Assembly (NCBI GenBank): GCA_963767005.1
Contig: CAVYCN010000004.1
Location: forward strand, 352,001 to 416,000
DNA length: 64,000 bases
Source of the DNA: an uncultured Actinomycetes bacterium
GTDB lineage: Bacteria; Actinomycetota; Thermoleophilia; UBA2241
Direction of reading: 5' to 3'
Part shown: positions 9,009-21,024 of the stretch, one piece after another
How the letters are laid out: each line of letters starts with the position of its first letter
Numbering within the stretch: the stretch's first letter is position 1
Program-made: the position numbers and the translations under genes
The notes under the pieces: model-generated
What the model was told of the DNA's origin: nothing
Seen by the model: only the letters and a program-made list of their open reading frames with translations
Database searches by the model: none

Positions 9009-9857
9009 CTAGCGCAGCCTGCGTGCGGGGTTGCCCACCCAGACTTCGCCGGCAGCGACGTCGGTGCGGACCATGGCCCCCATGCCGATGACCGCGTCGT
9101 CGCCGACCGTGACCCCGTTGGCGATCGCAGCGCTCTGCCAGATCACGACGCGGCGGCCGAGGCGGACGCCGCCGGCGAGCTGCGAATGACCGGTGAGGAG
9201 CGAGTCTTCGCCCACCTCGGAATTGTGCGCCACGTTCACGTGCGGACCGATCTTGGCGCCGCGGCGGATGGTCGTGTCGCCGAGCGCGCCACGCTGCACC
9301 ATCGCCTGGGCGGCGATGTGCACGTCGTCCTCGATGACCACGCCGCCGATCTGCGGGAACGGCACCAGCCGGCCGTCGCCGCCGCGCTCGTAGCCCATAC
9401 CTGAGGAGCCCACCGTTGCCAGCGCGTCGATGCGCACGTTACGGCCCACGACGGCGTTCCTTACCCAGGCGCCCACCTCGTCGACCCGGCGGGCGGTCTC
9501 GGGGTCCGCATAGACCGCGGGCCGGTCGTCGGCAAGCTGCCCGAAGAACTGCGACACCACGTGCGCCATGGCCAGCCGCGGCTGCTCGCAGACGACGATC
9601 ACCTGGTCTGGTCTCGCCGGCTCGGCGAGCTCGTCGGCCGCCTCCGGGGAGCAGACCAGCAGGGAGCCCCGGAACCGCGCGGCGGCGCCGGGACGCCTGG
9701 ACCACGCGATGTCTCCGGGAGCAGCCTGCGTGTCGGTGGCGACCGCGCCGATCGGCGCACCCGACCCGGGCGCGCCGATCAGCGCCGTCGCCAAGTCGAG
9801 CTCACGCAGGTGCGCGACGATCTCGCTGACAGTGACGGTCGCTGTGCTCAGGGTCAT
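9009..9857 (-). CDS. LpxD-like hexapeptide-repeat (left-handed beta-helix) acyltransferase
   Basis: GSSGMGY...FPQIGGVVIEDDVHI, RGALGDT.I, VNVAHN and C-terminal WVGNPAR. Confidence 0.8.
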   Translation of the reverse strand: MTLSTATVTVSEIVAHLRELDLATALIGAPGSGAPIGAVATDTQAAPGDIAWSRRPGAAARFRGSLLVCSPEAADELAEPARPDQVIVVCEQPRLAMAHVVSQFFGQLADDRPAVYADPETARRVDEVGAWVRNAVVGRNVRIDALATVGSSGMGYERGGDGRLVPFPQIGGVVIEDDVHIAAQAMVQRGALGDTTIRRGAKIGPHVNVAHNSEVGEDSLLTGHSQLAGGVRLGRRVVIWQSAAIANGVTVGDDAVIGMGAMVRTDVAAGEVWVGNPARRLR

Positions 9858-9927
9858 CTCCTCGTGGGCGCCGGCCGGTTCGCGATGCCCGACGAGCTCG
9901 CGAGTCGTGCGCGACGGGAGGTGGACT

Positions 9928-10236
9928 TCAACGCTCGCCGGCCTCGACCGTCGCTTCCGAGGAGCGGCGCGCCTCGTGCTGGGTCACTTCGATCACGTGC
10001 CGGTAGATCTCGTGCAGGGCATCGCCCGAGATCGGGCCCTTGTTGGCCCGCGACACGTAGGTGATGAGCCAGTCTTCCTGGGCGGGCGCGTAGACGTCGA
10101 TGTCGCGCTCGCGCTTGTACTGCCAGAGCTGGCCGACCAGCTTGATGCGCTTGTTGAGCAGCTCGACGAGCTTGAGATCGTTGTCGGAGATCTTCTCGCG
10201 GAACTGCTTGATGACGGGGTCGCTCTCGACGCTCAT
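9928..10236 (-). CDS. Chorismate mutase (AroQ type II)
   Basis: REKISDNDLKLVELLNKRIKL...K...VYAPAQE helical pattern; AAAGGGAG RBS. Confidence 0.8.
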   Translation of the reverse strand: MSVESDPVIKQFREKISDNDLKLVELLNKRIKLVGQLWQYKRERDIDVYAPAQEDWLITYVSRANKGPISGDALHEIYRHVIEVTQHEARRSSEATVEAGER

Positions 10237-10314
10237 GGCTCCCTTTCGGGTGGTCGGGGTCTGTCGGGGGGTGGGGAGGCGGTGCCGGCTCGCCGTGCGA
10301 GCCGCTCGACGAGC

Positions 10315-10869
10315 CTAGTCGTCGTCCTCCTCTTCGTCGTCGGCCTCCTCCTCCTCGTCGGCGGCCTCGTCGGCGGCGCTGGCGCGGAAGTCGTCGGGGG
10401 TCACCTGGTCGAGGAAGTCGCGGAAGCGCTCGACGATCTCCTCGGTGTCGTCGACCTCGTGCTCGAACTCGATCGCGTTCTCCTCGATCAGGTCCTCGGC
10501 CGCGAAGATCGGCGCGTCGGTGCGCACGGCGAGGGCAAGGGCATCGCTCGGTCGCGAGTCGACCTCGATGTCCTCGCCGTCGCGCGACAGCGTGAGCATG
10601 GCGTAGAAGGTGTTGTCGCGCAGGGCGGTGACCGTGATGCGCTTGACCTCGGCGTTGAAGCGCTCGATGAGCGCGGTCATGAGGTCGTGCGTCATGGGCC
10701 GCGGCAGCTCGGTGCCCTGCAGCTTGATAAGGATGGCGGCGGCCTCGGGGTGGCCGATCCAGATGGGCAGGAACTTGTTGCCGTCGACGGTCTTGAGCAG
10801 GACGATCGGCTGCTTGCCGATGACGTCGAAGCTCACCCCGTAGATGACCATCTCATGCACCTCGTCCAT
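10315..10869 (-). CDS. Bifunctional nuclease family protein (DUF151)
   Basis: LPIWIGHPEA, RPMTHDL and DSRPSDALALA motifs; acidic tail. Confidence 0.93.
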   Translation of the reverse strand: MDEVHEMVIYGVSFDVIGKQPIVLLKTVDGNKFLPIWIGHPEAAAILIKLQGTELPRPMTHDLMTALIERFNAEVKRITVTALRDNTFYAMLTLSRDGEDIEVDSRPSDALALAVRTDAPIFAAEDLIEENAIEFEHEVDDTEEIVERFRDFLDQVTPDDFRASAADEAADEEEEADDEEEDDD

Positions 10870-10932
10870 AGGGCTAGTATACGCCGCCGCCTCGCGTTTC
10901 TGACCAGTGACGACCGCCTCGCCGAGGCTAAC

Positions 10933-10962
10933 TTGACAGCCCCCCGAGGCCGAACCTACACT
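10933..10962 (+). promoter_or_regulatory. Sigma-70-type promoter of tRNA-Ile
   Basis: TTGACA-N18-TACACT, 11 nt upstream of the tRNA. Confidence 0.7.
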
Positions 10963-10973
10963 CGCTGTCCCGT

Positions 10974-11050
10974 GGGCGCATAGCTCAGTCGGTTAGAGCG
11001 CGTCTCTGATAAGGACGAGGCCCCTGGTTCGAATCCAGGTGCGCCCACCA
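10974..11050 (+). tRNA. tRNA-Ile (GAT)
   Basis: GGGCGCA/TGCGCCC acceptor stem, anticodon arm CGTCT-CTGATAA-GGACG, GGTTCGAATCC T-loop, encoded CCA. Confidence 0.97.
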
Positions 11051-11129
11051 GGCCGCCGCCCGCACCGCCCCTCGTCGCTGTCGACCGGGCGCGCGCCGTC
11101 TCTTCGGCAGCCCGTGAGCAAGGAGCGCG

Positions 11130-11783
11130 GTGGAGTTCGACGCGGTGATCTTCGACCTCGACGGCACGCTCGCCGACACGCTCGGCGACATCGCCGCCGC
11201 GATGAACACCGTGCTCACGCACCGCGGCCTGCCGGTCCACGAGCCCGCCGCGTACCGACTCATGATCGGCCTGGGCCTGCGCAATCTGGTGCACGAGGCG
11301 CTGCCGGCTGCGCGGCGCGACGACGAGACGATCGCGGGCTGTCTCGACGAGATGACGGCCGAGTACCGCCGGCACCTGCTCGACCGGACCCGGCTCTACG
11401 ACGGCGTCGCCGAGCTCGTCGCGCACCTGCGCGACGAGGAGCTCGGCCTGGCCGTGCTCTCCAACAAGGTCGACGAGCTCACGCAGCGCATCGTCGCCGC
11501 CCTGTTCGAGCCCGGCACGTTCGACGTGGTCCTCGGCGCGCGTCCCGAACTGCCGCGCAAGCCCGACCCGACGACCGCGCTGCGGGTGGCCGAGCGCCTG
11601 GGCGTGGCCCCGGCGAGGATCGCCTACCTCGGGGACTCGGCGGTCGACATGCGCACAGCCGTGGCGGCCGCCATGATCCCGGTGGGCGTGACCTGGGGGC
11701 TGCGCGATCGCGCCGAGCTCGAGGCGAGCGGCGCCCGCCTGCTGCTCGACCACCCGCTCGAGCTGGTCGCTCCGTCGCGCTGA
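11130..11783 (+). CDS. HAD-superfamily hydrolase (phosphoglycolate phosphatase-like)
   Basis: FDLDGTL, SNK, KPDP and GDSxxD motifs. Confidence 0.92.
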   Translation: MEFDAVIFDLDGTLADTLGDIAAAMNTVLTHRGLPVHEPAAYRLMIGLGLRNLVHEALPAARRDDETIAGCLDEMTAEYRRHLLDRTRLYDGVAELVAHLRDEELGLAVLSNKVDELTQRIVAALFEPGTFDVVLGARPELPRKPDPTTALRVAERLGVAPARIAYLGDSAVDMRTAVAAAMIPVGVTWGLRDRAELEASGARLLLDHPLELVAPSR

Positions 11784-11931
11784 CTCGGTCGCTGCCGGGC
11801 GTCGACGTGCGCGTGGTGGAGCGCCGACCGCACGGACAGCGCGACCACGCCTCGAGCGCAGCGGTTTTCGGCTCGGGCGCGCGGTGGTAGTGTAGCCGGC
11901 GGTAGCAACCAGATAAGCAAGCTCGAACGAC

Positions 11932-12105
11932 GGTCGCGCGAGAGCTCGCGGCGCCCCCTTTGCAGGGTGCGCCGGGCGAGCGCCGAAGGGGCAAGGCGAG
12001 CAGGTCCGCCGAATCTCTCAGGCAAGCGGAGCGCAGACCCGACGAGCCCCTGGAGCGCGTGCGGCGCACCGTCGACAGGGCCCGAATGGCGGCCTGTCGG
12101 ACGAC
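11932..12105 (+). ncRNA. Glycine riboswitch (one intact aptamer plus degenerate 3' element)
   Basis: GAGAG...CGCCGAAGGGGCAA...AATCTCTCAGG conserved motifs closed by GGTC-GCGC/GCGC-A-GACC (11932-12039), directly upstream of gcvH. Confidence 0.88.
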
Positions 12106-12201
12106 CCAATCGAGGTGACGGCGACCGGTGCGCGCTGCTTGTGGCTTCGGCCAGGACGACCCCCCGTCCGCCACCTCCCACAGAAAGCAAGGAGGGGGAC
12201 G

Positions 12202-12594
12202 GTGGCCGACGAGAGCTATCCCGATGATCTGAAGTACTTCAAGGAGCACGACTGGGTGCGGGTCGCCGGCGACGAGGCGACCTTCGGCATCACCTGGTGG
12301 GCCCAGGACGCGCTCGGCGACATGGTCTACGCGAGCCTGCCCGACGCGGGCGCCGCGGTCACGGCCGGACAGCCCTACGGCGAGCTCGAGTCGGTCAAGT
12401 CGGTGGCCGAGATCTACGCGCCGGTGAGCGGCCAGGTGGTGGCCGCCAACGACGCCCTCGTGGCCGACCCCGCCCTGGTGAACGCCGATCCCTACGGCGA
12501 CGGCTGGCTCATCCGTGTGCGCCTGTCCGACCCCGCAGAGCTCGACGGACTGATGGACGCGGCCGCCTACAGGGAGCTGCTGGCGACGGCCTGA
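12202..12594 (+). CDS. gcvH: Glycine cleavage system H protein
   Basis: AAGGAGG RBS + GTG; HDW, GIT..AQDALGD, lipoyl motif ESVKSV, NADPYGDGW. Confidence 0.96.
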   Translation: MADESYPDDLKYFKEHDWVRVAGDEATFGITWWAQDALGDMVYASLPDAGAAVTAGQPYGELESVKSVAEIYAPVSGQVVAANDALVADPALVNADPYGDGWLIRVRLSDPAELDGLMDAAAYRELLATA

Positions 12595-12634
12595 CGCCGG
12601 CCGGGCGGCCGCGAGACGAGGGAGGTACGCGCGC

Positions 12635-13994
<1,360 letters not shown>

Positions 13995-14002
<8 letters not shown>

Positions 14003-15521
14003 GATCCCGATCGCCGCCACACCGGCCGCCACCGCCTTGCACACCATCTTCGAGAAGTCGCGGCCCGGGCGCCGCGCCTTCAGTCTGCCCGACGCCGGTC
14101 TGCCGTCGACCCCGGCCGGCGAGCTCCTGCCCGGCGTCGCCCTGCGGGCGCGGCCGGCACGCCTGCCCGAGATCGCCGAGGTCGACCTGGTGCGCCACTT
14201 CGTCGAGCTGTCGTCGCGCGACTTCGGCGTCGACAAGGGCACCTATCCGCTGGGCTCGTGCACCATGAAGTACAACCCGAAGATCAATGAGCGCGTGGCC
14301 GCGCTCGAGGGCCTGCGCGGCCTGCACCCCTACGAGCCCGAGGAGCTCGTGCAGGGCGCGCTCGAGCTCATGGACACGCTCAGCCGCTGGCTCGCCGAGG
14401 TGGCCGGCCTGGCCCGCGCCACGCTGCAGCCGGCGGCCGGCGCCCACGGCGAGCTCACCGGCCTGCTGCTCGTGCGGGCCTACCACGACGACCGCGGCGA
14501 CGGTCGCCGCGTCGTGCTCATCCCCGACACGGCGCACGGCACCAACCCGGCCTCCGTCGTAATGGCCGGCTACCAGCCCGTCACGGTGTCGAGCGACGCG
14601 CGCGGCGGCATCGACCTCGAGGCCGTGCGCTCCCTGGTGACCGAGCGCGGCGCCGAGATCGCCTGCCTCATGCTCACCAACCCCAACACCCTGGGGCTGT
14701 TCGAGGCCGACATCGTCGCGGTCGCGCGCCTCGTCCACGATGCCGGTGGGCTGCTCTACTACGACGGCGCCAACTCGAACGCCGTGCTGGGGCGCTCGCG
14801 GCCCGGCGACATGGGCTTCGATATCGTCCACCTGAACACGCACAAGACGTTCTCGACGCCGCACGGCGGCGGCGGCCCGGGGGCCGGACCGCTCATCGTG
14901 CGCGACATCCTCGAGCCCTACCTGCCGGTGCCGGTGCTGCGCAAGACCGGAGAGCACGCCTTCACGCTCGACTACGACCGGCCCAGGTCGATCGGCAAGG
15001 TGCGTTCCTTCTACGGCAACTTCGGCGTGCTCGTGCGGGCCTACGCCTACATCCGCGCGCTCGGCGCCGAGGGCCTGCGCGAGGTGAGCGAGGCGGCGGT
15101 GCTCAACGCGACCTACGTCCTGGCCGGCATCCGCGACCTGTTCGAGGTGCCCTACGACCGGCCCGTCATGCACGAGTTCGTGGTGTCCGCCGAGCCCCTG
15201 CGCGCCCACGGCGTGCGCGCCCTCGACGTGGCCAAGCGCCTGCTCGATCACGGCGTCCACCCGCCGACCACCTACTTTCCGCTGATCGTCAAAGAGGCGC
15301 TCATGGTCGAGCCGACCGAGACCGAGTCGAAGGCCGACCTCGACGCCTTCGTCGCCGCGGTGCGCGCGGTCGTCGACGAGGCCCGCACCCGGCCCGAGCT
15401 GCTCACGGCGGCGCCGTACACCATGCCGGTCGGGCGTCTCGACGAGGTCGGCGCCGCGCGCAACCCCGTGCTGCGTCAGCGCTTTGCCGACGACCAGCCG
15501 GTGACGGTGACGCCCCAGTGA
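13995..15521 (+). CDS. gcvPB: Glycine dehydrogenase (decarboxylating) subunit 2
   Basis: YPLGSCTMKYNP, AHGTNPAS, HLNTHKTFSTPHGGGGPG, EPTETE. Confidence 0.96.
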
Positions 15522-16279
15522 GCGTGACCGCCGCCGGTCTGACCAGCTTCGTCGAGCTGCCGCTGCGGGCCGACCCGGGGGCCGCCCAGATGCTGTGCGA
15601 CGAGCGCCTGCTCGCCGGGGCCGCGGAGCTCACGGTCCGGCGCTACGTGTGGGACCCGCCCGCGGTGTCGCTCGGCAAGTTCCAGGAGCTCGACGACGGC
15701 GCCCGCCGGGTGCTCGCGGCCGTCGGGATCGACGTGGTGCGCCGTCCGAGCGGTGGCCGTCTCGTGCTGCACGGCGCGGGCTTCGAGTGGTCGTTCGCCG
15801 TGGTCTGGCCGGCCGGCGCGCTGCCGTACGGCACGCAGGCGCCGTACCGTCTCGTGAGCGCCGCGATGGCCGGCGCCCTGACCGACCTCGGCGTGGCCGT
15901 CGACGCCACGCGCGAAGCGCCCTACACACGCTCCGCCCTGTGCTTCGCGAGCGCCCTCCGGCATGATCTGCTGGTGGCCGGCGACAAGACGGTCGCCGTG
16001 GCCCAGGCCGTGCGCCGCGGACGTGCGCTCGTCCACGGCAGTGTGCTCGAACGGCGTCCGCCGGCGGTGCTCGTCAGGGCGGTCGAGAAGGCCTGCGGCG
16101 AGCCCTGGCGCGGCGAGGGGATCGCGGGCGGCGGCTCCGTCCCCGACGCGGCCGCGCTCTGGGCGGCGTTCGTCGGCCGCCTCGTGGTGACCGGTGCCGG
16201 CGACGCCGGCTGGGCCGGGCTCGACCACGACGTGGTCGGGGTGGGCGTCCCGCCAGGTTCGAGAAGGGAGATGCGCTGA
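15518..16279 (+). CDS. Lipoate-protein ligase / octanoyltransferase (LipM/LplA family)
   Basis: RYVWDPPAVSLG.FQ, VVRRPSGG..VLH, CF, K..AxAQ, HGS motifs; located within the gcv operon. Confidence 0.85.
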   Translation: MSVTAAGLTSFVELPLRADPGAAQMLCDERLLAGAAELTVRRYVWDPPAVSLGKFQELDDGARRVLAAVGIDVVRRPSGGRLVLHGAGFEWSFAVVWPAGALPYGTQAPYRLVSAAMAGALTDLGVAVDATREAPYTRSALCFASALRHDLLVAGDKTVAVAQAVRRGRALVHGSVLERRPPAVLVRAVEKACGEPWRGEGIAGGGSVPDAAALWAAFVGRLVVTGAGDAGWAGLDHDVVGVGVPPGSRREMR

Positions 16280-17664
16280 TGACGTCGATCGTGGTGCTGG
16301 GCGGTGGCCCGGCCGGCTATGTGGCGGCGCTGCGCGCCGCCCAGCTCGGGGCGGGTGTGACGCTCGTCGAGGCGCGCGAGGTCGGCGGCACCTGCCTGAA
16401 CCGTGGCTGCATCCCGACGAAGGCGCTGGTGGCCGCCACCGAGCGCCTGCGCGCGGCGCGCGGCGCGGCCGAGTTCGGCGTGCTGATCGGCGAGCCGACA
16501 GTCGACCTGTCGGCACTGCTTGCCCGCAAGGACACCGTGACGGCGCAGCAGCGTGCCGGCGTCGAGCACCTGCTCAAGGGGCGCAAGGTCGCGGTGGTCG
16601 CGGGGGCCGGACGCCTGCTCGACGCGCACACCGTGCACGTCGAGCAGGCGTCCGGCGAGCGCCGCGAGCTTGCGCCCGACGCGGTGATCGTCGCCACCGG
16701 CTCGCGACCGGCGCTGCCGGCGGTCTTCGACGTGGCCGACCCGCGAGTCGTGACGAGCGACGGCCTGCTCGCGCTGCGCGAGCTGCCCGAGAGCCTCGCG
16801 ATCGTGGGCGGCGGCGTGATCGGCTGCGAGTTCGCGTCGATCTACGCCGAGCTCGGCACGCGCGTGACGGTCGTCGAGATGCTCGACCGCCTGCTGCCCC
16901 TCGAGGACCGCCGCGCCTCGGCGGCGCTCACGCGGGCCTTCGCGGGCGCCGGCATCCAGAGCCGCGTCAAGACGCGGGTCGAGCGACTCGACCTGTCGCA
17001 GCCGGGGCAGGTGAGTCTGGAGCTGAGTGAGGGCGCGGCCGTCGAGGCGAGCCTCGTGCTCGTCAGCATCGGCCGCGCCCCGCTGAGCCGGGGGATCGGG
17101 CTCGAAGAGGCCGGCGTCGAGCTCGACGGGCAGGGCTTCATCGTGACCGATCGCCGTCAGCGCACCTCGCTTGCCGGCGTGTTCGCCGCCGGCGACGTCG
17201 CCGGGCCACCGCTGCTGGCCCACTGGGCCTACCGCCAGGGCGCCGTGGCGGCCGAGAACGCGGTCACCGGCGCGGCCGTCGAGGTCGACGCCCGTTTCGT
17301 GCCCAACTGCATCTTCAGCCACCCCGAGGTGGCGAGCTTCGGCACGAGCGAAGACCAGGCCAGGGCGGAGAACCTGCCCATCGAGGTGGCGCAGGTACGT
17401 TTCAACGCCAACTCTAAAGCCGTGATAGAGGGTGAGGCCGAAGGCTACATCCGCATCATCACGCGCGCCGACGACGGTCGCGTGATCGGCGCGAGCCTCG
17501 TCGGGCCGCGCGTGACCGAGCTCGTGCACGAGCTCGTCCTGGCGGCCCGGGCCGGCCTCACGCTCGCCGACGTGGCCGACACGATCCACGCGCACCCGAC
17601 CCTCGCCGAGGCCGTGGGCGAAGCCGCCCTCGGCGGCGTCGGTCGCGGCATGCACACGCTGTGA
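16279..17664 (+). CDS. lpdA: Dihydrolipoamide dehydrogenase (L protein)
   Basis: GGGPAGY, GGTCLNRGCIP.K, GGGVIGCE, HAHPTLAE. Confidence 0.95.
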   Translation: MTSIVVLGGGPAGYVAALRAAQLGAGVTLVEAREVGGTCLNRGCIPTKALVAATERLRAARGAAEFGVLIGEPTVDLSALLARKDTVTAQQRAGVEHLLKGRKVAVVAGAGRLLDAHTVHVEQASGERRELAPDAVIVATGSRPALPAVFDVADPRVVTSDGLLALRELPESLAIVGGGVIGCEFASIYAELGTRVTVVEMLDRLLPLEDRRASAALTRAFAGAGIQSRVKTRVERLDLSQPGQVSLELSEGAAVEASLVLVSIGRAPLSRGIGLEEAGVELDGQGFIVTDRRQRTSLAGVFAAGDVAGPPLLAHWAYRQGAVAAENAVTGAAVEVDARFVPNCIFSHPEVASFGTSEDQARAENLPIEVAQVRFNANSKAVIEGEAEGYIRIITRADDGRVIGASLVGPRVTELVHELVLAARAGLTLADVADTIHAHPTLAEAVGEAALGGVGRGMHTL

Positions 17665-18638
17665 CCGGCGCCCCCGAGCGCCCGGCCGCCGCGGGCGGCA
17701 ACCTGGACGGTCGCGCCGGCGAGGCAGGCGGCGGCGCCAGCGAGGCAGGCGGCGGCGACAGGATCGGTGGTGGTGCCGGCAAGCCGGCCTGGCTGCGCGT
17801 GCGGTTGCCGCGGGCGGCGCCCTTCAGGGCGACCGCCGCCCTCCTCGACGAGCTCGAGCTCCACACCGTGTGCGAGGCGGCGCGCTGTCCCAACCGCGGC
17901 GAGTGCTTCGGGCTCGGCACGGCGACCTTCCTCATCCTCGGCGAGGCCTGCACGCGCGCGTGCGGCTTCTGCTCCATCGGCCGCGCGCCCTTGCGGCCGG
18001 CGCCGCCCGACCCCGACGAGCCGCGCCGCGTGGCGCGCGCCGCCGCCCGTCTCGGTCTGTCGCACGTGGTCGTGACGAGCGTCACGCGCGACGACCTGGG
18101 CGACGGCGGCGCGGCGCACTACGCGGCGACGATCGCCGCGGTGCGCGAGGAACTGCCGGAGACGACCGTCGAGGTCCTCGTGCCCGACTTTGACGGCGAC
18201 CCGGCGGCGCTTGCCACCGTCCTCGCGGCGCGGCCGCGGGTGCTCAATCACAACCTCGAGACCGTGCCGCGCCTGTACGGCAGGGTGCGGCCGGGCGCGT
18301 CGTATCGGCGCTCGCTCGACCTGCTGCGGGCCGCCACGTCGGCCGGCGGCGCCGGCGGTCGGCTGCTGGTGAAGAGCGGGCTCATGCTCGGCCTGGGCGA
18401 GAACGGAGACGAGGTCGCCGCCGTCCTGGCCGACTGCGCCGCGGCCGGCGTCGGCCTCGTCACGGTCGGCCAGTACCTGCGGCCGGCCGACGGCTGCCTG
18501 CCGGCCGCGCGGTACGTGCCGCCCGACGAGTTCGCCGTTCTCGTGCCGCTCGGCGAGAGTCTCGGGCTGCGGGTCGAGGCGGCCCCCTTCGTGCGCTCCT
18601 CGTACCGCGCCGCCGCGGCGCTTGCCGGCTGCGCTTGA
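17661..18638 (+). CDS. lipA: Lipoyl synthase
   Basis: KPAWL, CEAARCPNRGEC, CTRACGFC, HNLETV, RSSY. Confidence 0.95.
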   Translation: MTGAPERPAAAGGNLDGRAGEAGGGASEAGGGDRIGGGAGKPAWLRVRLPRAAPFRATAALLDELELHTVCEAARCPNRGECFGLGTATFLILGEACTRACGFCSIGRAPLRPAPPDPDEPRRVARAAARLGLSHVVVTSVTRDDLGDGGAAHYAATIAAVREELPETTVEVLVPDFDGDPAALATVLAARPRVLNHNLETVPRLYGRVRPGASYRRSLDLLRAATSAGGAGGRLLVKSGLMLGLGENGDEVAAVLADCAAAGVGLVTVGQYLRPADGCLPAARYVPPDEFAVLVPLGESLGLRVEAAPFVRSSYRAAAALAGCA

Positions 18639-18668
18639 GCGGGCCGCCGGCGGCGCGGCGCCCGCGCG

Positions 18669-19910
18669 TCAGCGCGACGCGTGCCGGGGCACCATCGCGT
18701 AGAGCGTGTTCACCCCGTTCACGTACAGCGTGCGCCCGTCGGTCGTGACGGGCGAGTACCTGCCGTCGTGGAACGTCCACACCACGCGACCGGTGCGCGC
18801 GTTCAGCCCCCAGGTGCGGTGGCCGAAGCTCGAGACGTAGACGACGCCGTCGACCACGGTGGGCGAGCCCGAGATCGGGGCGCCGGCCGAGAACCGCCAG
18901 ACCAGGCGGCCGGTGGCCGCGTTCAGCGCGTAGAACGTGCCGTCGTAGCTGCCCTCGTAGACCATGCCGCGCCACACCGCTGGCGACGAGTACACGTAGC
19001 CGCTCGTGCCGTAGGACCAGCGCTTGCCGCCGTTGCTCAGGTCGAAGGCGTAGATGCCGCCGCCGGTGCCGCCGATGTAGACCGTGTCGTAGGCGAGGGC
19101 GGCGGTCGCGTAGAACTGGTTCGACGAAAGAAGGCCGCCGGTGCCGCGCGACCACAGCAGCTTCCCGTTGTAGTTCAGGCAGTACACGGCGCCGTCGTAG
19201 GCGCCGAACACGATGCGGCCGTTCAGCTCGGCGAGGGCGCCCTTCACCGAGCCGCCGGCGCGGAACCGCCAGACCAGCTTGTGGGTCTCCAGGTTGAGCG
19301 CGTACACGCTGTCGTTCTCGTCGCCGAAGAACACGCGGCCGCGCCAGACGAGCGGCGACGACTCGCTGCGGCCGATCCCCGTGAGGCCCCACTCGCGCTT
19401 GCCGGTGAAGCGGTCCAGCACGTCGAAGCGGCCGCCGAGCGAGGTGACGAAGACCGCGGTCGAGTCGACCGTGGGCGTCGAAGCGAACAGCGCGCCGTCG
19501 GGCTCGCTGTACCGCCAGAGCACCTTGTGGTCGCGCGCGCTCAGGCAGTAGACGCGGCCGTGCTCCGTGCAGAAGTACAGGTCGCCGTCGTAGATCGACG
19601 GCGGGAACTCGAGGAGCTGCCGGGCCTTGAAGTGCCAGACGATGCGAAACGGGGGTCGCAGGCCGACGGCCGGGTTGAAGCGGGTGCGGGCCGGGTCGTA
19701 GCCGTAGGTCGGCCAGTCCTCGGTGGCGAGGGCGGCGCTCGCCGAGGGCGTCGGGGTCGGCGACGGCGACGGCGAGGCGAGATCGGCGGTGGGGAACGGC
19801 GTGGGCTTGGGGCCGCTCGAATGATGGAGGGCGAGAAACGCGACGGCGCCGATGCCGCCGAGCACGACGACGGCGGCGATGATGTCGATGACGAGGAGTC
19901 TGCGATGCAC
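18669..19910 (-). CDS. Membrane-anchored PQQ-like beta-propeller repeat protein (BamB/AfsK-like)
   Basis: N-terminal TM helix, P/S/T linker, WPTYGYD..RT, repeated SSP...G..YALNA.TG..W blades. Start taken as GTG at 19910 because the longer ORF overlaps selD. Confidence 0.85.
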   Translation of the reverse strand: MHRRLLVIDIIAAVVVLGGIGAVAFLALHHSSGPKPTPFPTADLASPSPSPTPTPSASAALATEDWPTYGYDPARTRFNPAVGLRPPFRIVWHFKARQLLEFPPSIYDGDLYFCTEHGRVYCLSARDHKVLWRYSEPDGALFASTPTVDSTAVFVTSLGGRFDVLDRFTGKREWGLTGIGRSESSPLVWRGRVFFGDENDSVYALNLETHKLVWRFRAGGSVKGALAELNGRIVFGAYDGAVYCLNYNGKLLWSRGTGGLLSSNQFYATAALAYDTVYIGGTGGGIYAFDLSNGGKRWSYGTSGYVYSSPAVWRGMVYEGSYDGTFYALNAATGRLVWRFSAGAPISGSPTVVDGVVYVSSFGHRTWGLNARTGRVVWTFHDGRYSPVTTDGRTLYVNGVNTLYAMVPRHASR

Positions 19911-19992
19911 GGGGATGTAGTGTACCTCTCTCGAAACGACTCGGGGGCACCCGGCCGCGCACCGGCGTTGGCGCTCGGTATATCGTAAGGCC

Positions 19993-21020
<1,028 letters not shown>

Positions 21021-21024
<4 letters not shown>

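Noticed and set aside
17719-17757. 18-nt direct repeat (period 21) at the 5' end of lipA
   Set aside because: In-frame tandem duplication in a Gly/Ala-rich unstructured N-terminus; only two copies.
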